Origin: Desulfobulbus propionicus DSM 2032
Lineage (GTDB): Bacteria > Desulfobacterota > Desulfobulbia > Desulfobulbales > Desulfobulbaceae
NCBI RefSeq assembly: GCF_000186885.1
Contig: NC_014972.1
Location: forward strand, 2,070,001-2,102,000
Direction: 5' to 3'
DNA length: 32,000 nt
A program made the translations under genes and the position numbers. The notes beneath the pieces are model-generated. The model was not told the DNA's origin. It made no database searches and saw only the letters and a list, made by a program, of their open reading frames with translations. Positions 8,231 to 16,649 of this stretch are shown here, piece by piece (the first letter of the stretch is position 1; each line of letters starts with the position of its first letter).

Positions 8231-9993
8231 ACGCCCAAGGCCTTGTTCTTGGCGGCTACCTGCTCAGCCATCTCGCGCACATGCTGCTCAAGTTTGGCAT
8301 GCAGAGACGCATCCTCAAGAGCCAAGATCCGCACCGCCAGCACTGCGGCGTTCTTTGCTCCGGCTTTGCCGATTCCCATGGTGGCGACCGGAATGCCCGG
8401 AGGCATCTGCACCGTGGACAGCAATGCATCAAGGCCGTTGAGCGAGGAAGCATCGAGCGGTACCCCGATGACCGGCAAGTTGGTGTGAGCGGCAAGAACA
8501 CCTGCCAGATGGGCGGCCATGCCCGCACCAGCGATGATAATTTTCAAGCCACGTTCTCGGGCGGTTCTGGCATAGGTCGACGCCTGCTCCGGAGTGCGAT
8601 GAGCCGAGTTGACGCTCAGCTCAAACTCGACACCCATCGAGGCGAGAAAGTCGGCGGCGGCTCGCATCACCGGCAGATCGGAATCACTGCCCATCACGAT
8701 GCCCACCAGCGGCCGTTTGTTCAACCGCGCCAGGGCCCGATGCCCGATATCGCGGCGAAAATAGCACCCCTCCCACTTGATCAGATCAACCGCTTGGTAG
8801 GCCCGGTCCAACGCCTCTTTGATCGTTGCGCCGATGGCCGTGACGCCAAGCACCCTGCCGCCGCTGGTAATGACCTGCCGTCCTTTGGTGGCTGTTCCGG
8901 CATGAAAGACTTCGACCCCCCCAACCTTGGCGGCCTGCGCCAACCCGGCGATGGTTTTGCCGGTTACATACTTCCCTGGATATCCCTCAGAGGCCATGAC
9001 CACACAGACGGTCGGCCGAGGATCGATATCGAGCTGGATCCGATCAAGGGTACCATCGATGCAGCCATTGATGATCTCCACCAGGTCATTGTTCAGCCGC
9101 ATCAGCAGGGGCTGGCATTCCGGATCGCCGAAACGGCAGTTGAATTCGAGCACGTTGATCCGGTCGCCATCAATCATCAGTCCGGCATACAGCATTCCCT
9201 TGTACGGTCGTCCTTCAGACGCCATGCCGCGTATCGTTGGCAGCATTATTTCCTCCATCACCCGCGTGGTCAGGGCGTCCGTCATCACCGGAGCCGGAGA
9301 ATAGGCGCCCATGCCGCCGGTATTGGGCCCCAGATCGCCTTCAAAGATCGCTTTGTGATCCTGGGACGAGGGCAACGGCAAAACGGTGGTGCCATCGGTA
9401 AAGGCGATGAAAGACGCTTCCTCGCCCTGGAGAAATTCCTCGACAACCACCTGGTTGCCGGCCGCGCCAAAGGCTTTGTCCTTCATGATCAGGTCAATGG
9501 CCTGCTCTGCCTCGGCGATGGTCTGCACAATGATGACGCCCTTGCCGGCCGCTAAACCGTCGGCCTTGATCACGCAGGGCATGTCCATTGTTTTGAGAAA
9601 TTTTTTGGCCGCGCCCCTCTTGGTGAATGCACCGTATCGAGCTGTGGGAATGCGGTATTTCGCACAAAAATCTTTGGTGAACACCTTGCTTCCTTCGAGA
9701 ATCGCTCCCTTGCTATTCGGGCCGAAAATCCGCAAGCCGTTCTCCTCAAAAAGATCAACAATTCCTTTTGCCAGAGGCTCTTCAGGACCGACAATGGTCA
9801 GGTCGATCCGCTCCTTGACGGCAAAATCCAGCAACCCAGCAAGATCACCGGCGGCGATGTCCACACACTCGGCGATGGCCTTGATGCCGGCGTTCCCGGG
9901 CGCACAAACAACCGCTTTAACCGTTTTCGACTGCTTCAGTTTCCAAACGAGCGCATGTTCCCGGCCGCCGCTACCGATCACCAAAACCTTCAT
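8227..9993 (-). CDS. purD-purE: Fused phosphoribosylamine-glycine ligase (PurD) and N5-CAIR mutase (PurE, class I-like)
   Basis: The reading frame is continuous. The PurD part reads MKVLVIGSGGREHALVWKL ... FRRDIGHRALARL. It runs directly into the PurE part, NKRPLVGIVMGSDSDLPVM ... SAHRTPE ... IIAGAGMAAHLAGVLAAHTNLPVIGVP. The ATG at 9993 is preceded by GGAGGGAGGAG. Confidence 0.9.
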   Translation of the reverse strand: MKVLVIGSGGREHALVWKLKQSKTVKAVVCAPGNAGIKAIAECVDIAAGDLAGLLDFAVKERIDLTIVGPEEPLAKGIVDLFEENGLRIFGPNSKGAILEGSKVFTKDFCAKYRIPTARYGAFTKRGAAKKFLKTMDMPCVIKADGLAAGKGVIIVQTIAEAEQAIDLIMKDKAFGAAGNQVVVEEFLQGEEASFIAFTDGTTVLPLPSSQDHKAIFEGDLGPNTGGMGAYSPAPVMTDALTTRVMEEIMLPTIRGMASEGRPYKGMLYAGLMIDGDRINVLEFNCRFGDPECQPLLMRLNNDLVEIINGCIDGTLDRIQLDIDPRPTVCVVMASEGYPGKYVTGKTIAGLAQAAKVGGVEVFHAGTATKGRQVITSGGRVLGVTAIGATIKEALDRAYQAVDLIKWEGCYFRRDIGHRALARLNKRPLVGIVMGSDSDLPVMRAAADFLASMGVEFELSVNSAHRTPEQASTYARTARERGLKIIIAGAGMAAHLAGVLAAHTNLPVIGVPLDASSLNGLDALLSTVQMPPGIPVATMGIGKAGAKNAAVLAVRILALEDASLHAKLEQHVREMAEQVAAKNKALGV

Positions 9994-10143
9994 GCAACAC
10001 TCCTCCCTCCGAATTGTTTGATTGGGCACCCATCGATCTTAATGGCGCTCTTTCTAATAAATTATTTCTGTTCTCGTCCAGCAAAATCATCCGGATTTCA
10101 TGTATGTCTTCTCTGTCACCGCACCGGAAAACCGCCATTTTTC

Positions 10144-10193
10144 TTGACATGACGCCATAGGGGCTGGTAACATTCCCGGAATGAGGACTCATT
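10144..10193 (+). promoter_or_regulatory. Candidate sigma-70 promoter plus palindromic operator upstream of the TetR gene
   Basis: TTGACA (10144..10149), an 18-nt spacer, then TAACAT (10168..10173). The palindrome AATGAG-GA-CTCATT (10180..10193) lies just downstream, 37 nt before the tetR-family start. Confidence 0.35.
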
Positions 10194-10229
10194 CATTTTT
10201 TACAGCAATTGCCTGTTTAATCATAATAA

Positions 10230-10820
10230 ATGAAATCACCAGACAAGCATCGTAAGATTATACGTGCTGCCACCAAGGTGTTTGCCAAAAAAGGTTTTTT
10301 TAATGCCAGGATTTCCGACATTGCGAAAGAAGCCAAGGTGGCGGACGGTACTATCTATTTATATTTCAACAATAAATTCGACATTCTCCTCTCGGTTTTC
10401 GAACAGGAAATCGGCAAATTGATCGACCAGGTCAGCCTGTTGCTGAAGAAAGAGGATAATCCGAAGATAAAGCTCGAGATCTTCATCACCAACCATTTGG
10501 AAGAGATGAAGAAAAATCGCTATCTTGCCGAAGTCATTCACATTGAATTGCGGCAGACGAGCAAGCTTATTCGCGAATACCGCAAGAATACCTTCAATGA
10601 ATATCTCGCCATAATCGCTTCGATCATCGAGCAAGGTCAGGAAGCCGGGGTATTTCGCAAAGAAATCGAACCTGAAATAGCCCGACAAATGGTTTTTGGT
10701 GCGCTCGATGAAATTTCTCGATGCTGGCACATAGGCAATGACTGCCCCTTCACCACCGAGGAGGTGAGCCAGCAAATCACCTCCATTTTACAAGTCGGGA
10801 TTCTGGCGCCGAACAATTGA
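10230..10820 (+). CDS. TetR/AcrR-family transcriptional regulator
   Basis: 196-aa ORF with the N-terminal HTH region KIIRAATKVFAKKGFFNARISDIAKEAKVADGTIYLYFNNK, typical of TetR_N. Confidence 0.85.
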   Translation: MKSPDKHRKIIRAATKVFAKKGFFNARISDIAKEAKVADGTIYLYFNNKFDILLSVFEQEIGKLIDQVSLLLKKEDNPKIKLEIFITNHLEEMKKNRYLAEVIHIELRQTSKLIREYRKNTFNEYLAIIASIIEQGQEAGVFRKEIEPEIARQMVFGALDEISRCWHIGNDCPFTTEEVSQQITSILQVGILAPNN

Positions 10821-10931
10821 ACATTCGTTCGGCGTCGAGTTTAGTCCTTTTCCGCCCACGATTCTTTCGTTGTTTTTCTCTTCCAACCGGGCAGCGATCC
10901 ACCGCAGTTGGACAAACGCGTCTGATTCGTT

Positions 10932-11058
10932 TTTGCCTTCAAGATGAGGCTTTTTCTTGAGCGGGCAAACGGCAGTGTCGTTTGCCCGCTCAAGAATCGG
11001 TGGGCACGTCAAAAAAGCGCGTGCCCACCCTATGGATAGATGGCAACTTGAAGGCAAA
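10932..11058. repeat. 127-bp nested palindromic element (outer 12-bp stem enclosing two long hairpins)
   Basis: The outer inverted repeat is TTTGCCTTCAAG (10932..10943) with CTTGAAGGCAAA (11047..11058). Inner hairpin A is at 10954..10996 (18-bp perfect stem TTCTTGAGCGGGCAAACG, 7-nt loop). Inner hairpin B is at 10999..11029 (10-bp stem GGTGGGCACG, 11-nt loop). Confidence 0.6.
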
Positions 11059-11064
11059 TTGGGC

Positions 11065-11550
11065 TTATTTGATAGAGGAAGCGGTGATGTCGATGACTTC
11101 AAATTCCCGCATTCCCCCAGGTGTTTTTGTCACCACCTCGTCGCCGATCTCCTTGCCGAGAAGAGCTTGCCCCAGCGGCGAAAGCACGGAAATGGAACCT
11201 TTCTTGACATCCGCCTCCTCCGGGCCCAAGAGTTGATACGTTACCTCCACTTCGGTTGTCAAATCCATCAGGGTAACAACGGTGCCGAACACCGCCCGAT
11301 TGGTGGAGACCTTGGAGCAATCGATGACTTCCGCCCGCCCCAGTTTGTCCTTCAGCTCCAGGATTCTCCCCTCAACTAGGCTCTGTCGCTCCTTGGCGGC
11401 GTGGTATTCGGCGTTTTCACTTAAATCGCCATGTGCCCGTGCTACCTCGATTGCCTTGACAATTTCAGGCCGCTCCACCCGTTCAAGCCGCTCCAGCTCT
11501 TCACGAAGCTGCCGATTCCCTGTCAAGGACATCGGGATACGTACAACCAT
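11065..11550 (-). CDS. greA: Transcription elongation factor GreA
   Basis: 161-aa ORF. It aligns by eye to E. coli GreA along its length: IPMSLTG, RPEIVKAIEVARAHGDLSENAEYHAAKERQ and a C-terminal TPGGMREFEVIDI. AGGAGGAG lies upstream of the ATG. Confidence 0.95.
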   Translation of the reverse strand: MVVRIPMSLTGNRQLREELERLERVERPEIVKAIEVARAHGDLSENAEYHAAKERQSLVEGRILELKDKLGRAEVIDCSKVSTNRAVFGTVVTLMDLTTEVEVTYQLLGPEEADVKKGSISVLSPLGQALLGKEIGDEVVTKTPGGMREFEVIDITASSIK

Positions 11551-11611
11551 GTCAACTCCTCCTGATGTTAGTTAGCGTTATTCAATGCAATCGTGTGCAT
11601 TTAAATAGGAG

Positions 11612-11642
11612 AAAGCGTTGAGTCTGCTGTACTCAACGCTTT
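11612..11642 (-). terminator. Probable rho-independent terminator after the aminotransferase gene
   Basis: There is a 12-bp perfect stem, AAAGCGTTGAGT / ACTCAACGCTTT, with a 7-nt loop. On the minus strand it is followed by CTCCTATTT. It starts about 95 nt downstream of the stop at 11736. Confidence 0.5.
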
Positions 11643-11735
11643 CATGTTTTGGTACCATTAGTTTTGATGCCACTCCCGGCGAGCCTGTCGGCGTGGCGCA
11701 GGGACAGAGAGCACCCTCTCCCCTACTCCGGGTGA

Positions 11736-12923
11736 TTAGCCACCATGATAAAACCGCTTGATGGTCTCGACCACATAGGCCAGTTGATCGTGATGGAGTT
11801 CCGGAAAGATAGGCAAGGCCAGGGAGTTGGCCGCGGCCTGCTCCGCCACCGGAAACGATTGCGCCTTGAAAGTTTTGGATCGCAGACACTCCTGCTGATG
11901 CAAACAAAGCGGATAATAGATTTCGCAGCCGATGGAGTGCTCTTGCAGGAATTGGCGCAAGGCATCCCGCTGCGGCACATGGATGACAAATTGGTTGTAG
12001 ATGTGGTGGTTATGCTGTTCTGCCCCCGCCTTCCGCAGATACACCTCTGTTGGTAGCGTGACCGGGGCACCAATCAGTCCGGCATCCTCAAAGAGTTGCC
12101 GATAGCTGGCGGCGTTCCGCCTGCGGCCGGCGTGCCAATTTTCCAGATAATCCAACTTGATGGATAAAACAGCGGCCTGGATGGGATCGAGCCGAAAATT
12201 GCCGCCCACCCGGGAATGGTAGTATTTCGGTTCCGCGCCATGGTTGCGGTTAGATTTGAGGATATCGGCAAAAGCCTTGTCCGAGGTGGTGATCATCCCG
12301 CCATCGCCGATCCCCCCCAAATTCTTGCTGGGGAAAAAGGAAAAACAGCCGCACAAGCCCATGCTGCCGGCACGGCGCCAAGTGACGGCGCCATTTTCCT
12401 CAAAGGGAAATTCCGCGCCTATGGCCTGAGCGGCATCCTCGATCACCGGCACCTCGTACGTTCGGGATAGGTCCATGATTCGTTGCATATCGGCGCACTG
12501 GCCGTAGAGATGCACAGGAATCATGGCCTTGATTCGACTGCCCGCTTTGCGGTCTGCCTCCAGGGCCTCGGCCGCCCGTTGCGGATCCATGTTGAGGCTG
12601 TCGGGTTCAACATCGACAAAAACGGGCTGAGCACCGACCCGAAGCACCGTGCCCATGGTGGCAAAAAAGGTATAGGGAGTGGTCAGCACAAGATCGCCAG
12701 GACCTATATCCAGGGACATCAACGAGGCCAGCAAGGCGTCCGTCCCCGAGGATACGCCTACACCGTAGGCAGCCTCTGAGTAGCGGGCAATTTTTTCCTC
12801 GAGTTCGTTCACCTCTTTTCCGAGAATATAGCCGGTGGAATCAATGACCCGGGTAACAGCCTCCAGGATTTGAGGACGTAAGGACGCCAACTGCGGTTTC
12901 AAATCAAGCAAAGGTACATTCAT
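11736..12923 (-). CDS. DegT/DnrJ/EryC1/StrS-family PLP-dependent aminotransferase
   Basis: 395-aa ORF. The N-terminus VPLLDLKPQ and the motifs GVSSGTDALLASL, FPSKNLGGIGDGG and NHG are typical of sugar aminotransferases. Confidence 0.85.
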   Translation of the reverse strand: MNVPLLDLKPQLASLRPQILEAVTRVIDSTGYILGKEVNELEEKIARYSEAAYGVGVSSGTDALLASLMSLDIGPGDLVLTTPYTFFATMGTVLRVGAQPVFVDVEPDSLNMDPQRAAEALEADRKAGSRIKAMIPVHLYGQCADMQRIMDLSRTYEVPVIEDAAQAIGAEFPFEENGAVTWRRAGSMGLCGCFSFFPSKNLGGIGDGGMITTSDKAFADILKSNRNHGAEPKYYHSRVGGNFRLDPIQAAVLSIKLDYLENWHAGRRRNAASYRQLFEDAGLIGAPVTLPTEVYLRKAGAEQHNHHIYNQFVIHVPQRDALRQFLQEHSIGCEIYYPLCLHQQECLRSKTFKAQSFPVAEQAAANSLALPIFPELHHDQLAYVVETIKRFYHGG

Positions 12924-12979
12924 TGGAAGAACTAAGAATAAAAGGAATTGGGGGATGATGTTGAAAAAGAACGAGGCGA

Positions 12980-13966
12980 TCAGGAAAATTGATCTGTCGG
13001 TCCAGCAGCGAGGATGACGCCGTCACCACTGAGAAAATCCTGAATATCAGGCATTTCTTTTTCGAACTGTTTGCGTAGTTTCTTAAGAAGATTGGATTCG
13101 ATCTGCCGGACCCGCTCGCGGGAGATGTTGAATTCGTCGGCAATGGTCTGCAGGGTCTTCGGTTCATCGCTCAGCAACCGGGTCGTCAGGATGACCTGCT
13201 CTTTTTCGTTGAGCCGGGTACTGAGATCGGCGAGAATTCCGGCCAACCGTTCGCGCATCTCCTGACTGGCGACCATTTCTTCAATGCCTGGCCCCTCGTG
13301 CGGGAGAAAATTTTTCTGTTCATCCTCTGAATCGCTGCGTACAGGAGCCTCAAGCGAAACATCCCAGTTATCCATCCGCTGGCCCATCTCGATCACTTCG
13401 CTTTCCTTGACGTTCAAGCGCTCGGCCAGCAATTTGACTTCCGGTTTGAACCCCTGCGATTCAAGGAGCTTTTTCTCCTTGTTGAGGCTAAAAAACAGTT
13501 TGCGCTGGGCCTGCGTGGTGCCGATTTTCACCAGCCGCCAGTTGTCCATGATGAATTTGAGAATGTAGGCACGGATCCAGTAAGCGGCGTAGTACGAAAA
13601 CTTGACCCCGCGATACGGGTCGAACTTCTTGGTGGCCTGGACAAGGCCCACGTTGCCCTCCTGAATGAGATCCATGAAGTTTTGCATCCAGTATTTCTGG
13701 AAATCCATGGCCACCTTCACCACCAGACGCAGGTTGGACGACACCAACCGGTAGGCCGCATCCGGATCGCCAGTTTCTTGAAACCGAACCGCCAGTTCTT
13801 CGGTTTCCTCCCGACTCAACAGTTCGTACTGGCTGATTTCCTGGAGATAGCGATGGAGCGCCGGGTTGCTCAGTGCCGGCAGATTGTCGTCACTGCTGGT
13901 CAGCATCAAGGCGTGCTGGGGCGCCTCATTCAGATCCACGCTGTCGATTTCGCTCTGCTCTCTCAT
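12980..13966 (-). CDS. rpoH: RNA polymerase sigma-32 (heat-shock sigma factor RpoH-like)
   Basis: 328-aa ORF. Region 2 reads DLIQEGNVGLVQATKKFDPYRGVKFSYYAAYWIRAYI. An RpoH-box-like TTQAQRKLFFSLNKEK is present. Region 4 reads TLQTIADEFNISRERVRQIE. Confidence 0.85.
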   Translation of the reverse strand: MREQSEIDSVDLNEAPQHALMLTSSDDNLPALSNPALHRYLQEISQYELLSREETEELAVRFQETGDPDAAYRLVSSNLRLVVKVAMDFQKYWMQNFMDLIQEGNVGLVQATKKFDPYRGVKFSYYAAYWIRAYILKFIMDNWRLVKIGTTQAQRKLFFSLNKEKKLLESQGFKPEVKLLAERLNVKESEVIEMGQRMDNWDVSLEAPVRSDSEDEQKNFLPHEGPGIEEMVASQEMRERLAGILADLSTRLNEKEQVILTTRLLSDEPKTLQTIADEFNISRERVRQIESNLLKKLRKQFEKEMPDIQDFLSGDGVILAAGPTDQFS

Positions 13967-14012
13967 TCAACTCTGGTATATCGTTGGTCATTCAACTCTG
14001 GTATATCGTTGG
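13963..14012. repeat. Perfect tandem duplication, 2 x 25 bp (TCATTCAACTCTGGTATATCGTTGG)
   Basis: Copy 1 (13963..13987) contains the rpoH ATG (13966..13964, minus strand). Copy 2 (13988..14012) is identical and contributes a second ATG (13991..13989) in a different frame. Confidence 0.95.
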
Positions 14013-14198
14013 AAAACGTAACCCTGCAAGGAGAGGACTCGCATGCAGGGCTTTGGTGAAAACATTACTCGAAAATTTTGAAAAAAACACTTTAATACGA
14101 CAGTAAGCCCTTGAGGAGTTTTTTTTTCGCCGAATCTATGCTAAGGATACCCGGCTCGAACACCCCCTACTTTTTCCTTGTTCCTCTTTTCGCTCTTT

Positions 14199-15992
14199 AT
14201 GGATAAAATTAGAAATTTCAGCATAATAGCCCATATTGACCATGGCAAATCCACCTTGGCCGACCGAATGATCCAGTTGTGCGATATGGTCACCGATCGC
14301 GAGTTCAAGGACCAACTGCTTGACAGCATGGACATTGAGCGGGAACGGGGCATCACCATCAAATCGCAAACCATCTGCCTGCCGTTTCAGGCCGAGGACG
14401 GCACGACCTATACCCTGAATTTGGTCGATACGCCGGGGCATGTGGATTTCAGCTACGAGGTCTCCCGAGCGCTGTCCTCGTGCGAGGGCGCGTTGTTGCT
14501 TATTGACGCAGCCCAGGGTATCGAGGCGCAAACCTTGGCCAACTTGTATCTGGCCATGGAAAACAACCTGGAAATCATTCCAGTGATCAATAAGATCGAC
14601 CTGCCCGCCGCTGAACCGGACAAAGTGGCGGCGCAGATCGAGGAGGATTTGGGGTTGGATGGCGAAACCATCCAACGGTGTTCCGCCAAGACCGGCCAAG
14701 GGGTCAGGGAATTGCTCAATGCCATTGTCCGCCTCCTGCCGCCCCCCTTGGGGGACCCGACAAAACCCCTAGAAGCCTTGATCTTCGATGCCAATTACGA
14801 CCCATACCGCGGCACGGTCATTTCGGTGCGCATCGTCAATGGAACGGTAAAAACCGGCGACCAGATCGTGTTCATGTCCAATGGGGCGGAATACCGGGTG
14901 GAGGAACTGGGCATCTTTCGCCTGCGACGTGAACCGCGCCAACAACTTGCCGCCGGTGAGGTCGGCTACATCATTGCCGGGGTGAAAACCGTGTCCGATA
15001 CCCGGCCAGGCGACACCATCACCCATAAGGACCGCCCCTGCCCCACCCCCCTGCCCGGCTTCAAGGAAGTGCAACAGGTGGTCTTCTCCTCGCTCTATCC
15101 CATCTCCACCGACGATTACGAGGATCTGGCCAGCGCGCTGGAGAAACTCAAGCTCAACGACGCGGCCCTAACCTTTCAAAAGGATTCCTCAGCAGCGCTC
15201 GGCTTTGGGTTCCGCTGCGGCTTTCTCGGTCTGCTCCACCTGGAAGTGGTGCAGGAACGACTCGAGCGTGAATTCGATATTTCCCTGATTCTGACCGTAC
15301 CCACGGTTAAATATAAATTTTACCTGCAGAACAAGACTGTGGTCGAGGTCGACAACCCCACCTATTTCCCGGACCCTGGTTCGATCGCCCGGATCGAGGA
15401 ACCGTACATCAAGGCCACCATTCATATCCCCGAGCGCTACATGGGCGTGGTCATGACCCTGTGCATGGAACGACGCGGAGAAAACACCAAATACCATTAT
15501 CCCATGCCCGGACGGATCGAATTCACCTGTGAGCTACCCCTTGCCGAGGTGATCTACGATTTTTACGACAAACTCAAATCCATCACCCAGGGCTACGGTT
15601 CCTTTGACTACGAACTGATCGACTATCGTCCCAGCGATCTGGTCAAGCTCGACATTCTGGTCAACGGCGAGCAGGTCGATGCCCTGTCGCAGCTCACCCA
15701 CCGGACCAAGGCCAGGGAACGGGGGCTCAAGGCCTGCGAGCGGCTCAAGGAAGAGATTCCCCGCCAAATGTTCAAGATCGCTATTCAGGCAGCCATCGGC
15801 GGCAATATTATTGCCAGGGAAACCATTTCCGCCCTCCGCAAGGACGTGACCGCCAAATGCTATGGCGGCGACATTAGTCGGAAACGGAAATTATTGGAAA
15901 AACAGAAGGAAGGAAAAAAGCGGATGAAAACCGTGGGCAATGTCGACATTCCCCAGCGGGCCTTTTTGGCGGTGCTCAAATCGGAGCAATGA
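14199..15992 (+). CDS. lepA: Translation elongation factor 4 (LepA)
   Basis: The N-terminus reads MDKIRNFSIIAHIDHGKSTLADR, with the G-domain motifs DTPGH and NKID and a characteristic LepA C-terminus. The ATG at 14199 is preferred over the ORF-track TTG at 14178. Confidence 0.95.
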   Translation: MDKIRNFSIIAHIDHGKSTLADRMIQLCDMVTDREFKDQLLDSMDIERERGITIKSQTICLPFQAEDGTTYTLNLVDTPGHVDFSYEVSRALSSCEGALLLIDAAQGIEAQTLANLYLAMENNLEIIPVINKIDLPAAEPDKVAAQIEEDLGLDGETIQRCSAKTGQGVRELLNAIVRLLPPPLGDPTKPLEALIFDANYDPYRGTVISVRIVNGTVKTGDQIVFMSNGAEYRVEELGIFRLRREPRQQLAAGEVGYIIAGVKTVSDTRPGDTITHKDRPCPTPLPGFKEVQQVVFSSLYPISTDDYEDLASALEKLKLNDAALTFQKDSSAALGFGFRCGFLGLLHLEVVQERLEREFDISLILTVPTVKYKFYLQNKTVVEVDNPTYFPDPGSIARIEEPYIKATIHIPERYMGVVMTLCMERRGENTKYHYPMPGRIEFTCELPLAEVIYDFYDKLKSITQGYGSFDYELIDYRPSDLVKLDILVNGEQVDALSQLTHRTKARERGLKACERLKEEIPRQMFKIAIQAAIGGNIIARETISALRKDVTAKCYGGDISRKRKLLEKQKEGKKRMKTVGNVDIPQRAFLAVLKSEQ

Positions 15993-16605
15993 ACCCTTCC
16001 CCGGGAGGCGTAACGGAAATGGACCGGGCAAAGCCGCTCAACCGACTGCGCAGGCTGTCCAGCCCCTGACCGGTAGAGGAGGAAAAGATGATCCTGTCGT
16101 CCGCGGTCAGGGTGAGGCCGGCATCCAAGGCGGCCGCATTCTTCATCTGCTGGTTGCGGCTCAGCTTATCCGCCTTGGTGTAAACGGGCAGGTATGGTGT
16201 GTCGAGATAGCGCAACCAATCGACCAACTCCCTATCCAACTGCTTGAGCTCGTGCCGCAGGTCAATGATCACCACCACGCAGGCAAGGGTGGACCGGGTT
16301 GTGACATATTCAGTAATCAATCCCTGCCAACTCTGGCGGGTCTGCTGGGAGACCTGCGCATACCCGTATCCGGGCAAATCGACCAGATACAGCGATTCTT
16401 CAACCAAAAAATAGTTGAGACTCTGCGTTTTTCCGGGCTTGGAACTGGTCTTGACCAAGTTGGACCGATCGACCAGCCGGTTGAGCAAACTCGACTTGCC
16501 GACATTGGAGCGACCGGCAAAGGCGATGTCCGGATACACCGGTGCGGGCAACTGGCCGATGGCGTGGGCGGAGAGAAGAAACTGTACTTTCCTGAAGTCG
16601 ATCAT
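15976..16605 (-). CDS. engB: Ribosome biogenesis GTP-binding protein YsxC/EngB
   Basis: 209-aa ORF with the motifs GRSNVGKSSLLNRL (G1), DLPGYGYA (G3) and TKADK (G4). Its 3' end overlaps the lepA 3' end by 17 nt in convergent orientation. Confidence 0.9.
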   Translation of the reverse strand: MIDFRKVQFLLSAHAIGQLPAPVYPDIAFAGRSNVGKSSLLNRLVDRSNLVKTSSKPGKTQSLNYFLVEESLYLVDLPGYGYAQVSQQTRQSWQGLITEYVTTRSTLACVVVIIDLRHELKQLDRELVDWLRYLDTPYLPVYTKADKLSRNQQMKNAAALDAGLTLTADDRIIFSSSTGQGLDSLRSRLSGFARSISVTPPGEGFIAPI

Positions 16606-16649
16606 TGCCTGCCCCCGCCCATCGTACCGGATGCCCTATCAGTTATTGG

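Noticed and set aside
8221-9555. Long antisense ORFs opposite real genes. Examples are 8221..9555 (+), 19621..20751 (-), 26217..27341 (-), 4336..5142 (-), 1740..2528 (+), 15940..16653 (+), 21688..22332 (-) and 22043..22663 (-).
   Set aside because: Their translations are Arg/Gly/Pro/His-rich low-complexity strings with no recognisable motifs. Each lies fully opposite a gene with strong family signatures. They are typical shadow ORFs caused by GC-biased third codon positions.
10954-11029. The two long hairpins between tetR and greA as ordinary rho-independent terminators.
   Set aside because: Neither strand has a U tract after either stem; the T run lies on the wrong side. Both hairpins are also enclosed by a further 12-bp inverted repeat. 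They are kept as an unexplained structured element instead.
13963-14012. The 25-bp direct repeat as a possible CRISPR or minisatellite array.
   Set aside because: There are only two copies. They are directly adjacent with no spacer, and no cas genes are in the window. It is a simple tandem duplication, reported separately for its position on the rpoH start.
14178-14198. The TTG start at 14178 for lepA, and the extended N-termini of ORFs 17900..18670, 21851..23629, 26142..27239, 17545..18012 and 8227..10029.
   Set aside because: In each case an internal ATG gives the canonical family N-terminus (for example MDKIRNFSIIAHIDHGKST and MKVLVIGSGG). These ATGs usually have a better Shine-Dalgarno, and the extensions overlap neighbouring genes or the IS terminus.
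15976-15992. 17-nt convergent 3' overlap of lepA and engB as a regulatory antisense arrangement.
   Set aside because: Short convergent overlaps are common in compact genomes. No structure or motif is visible, and nothing suggests function beyond tight packing.
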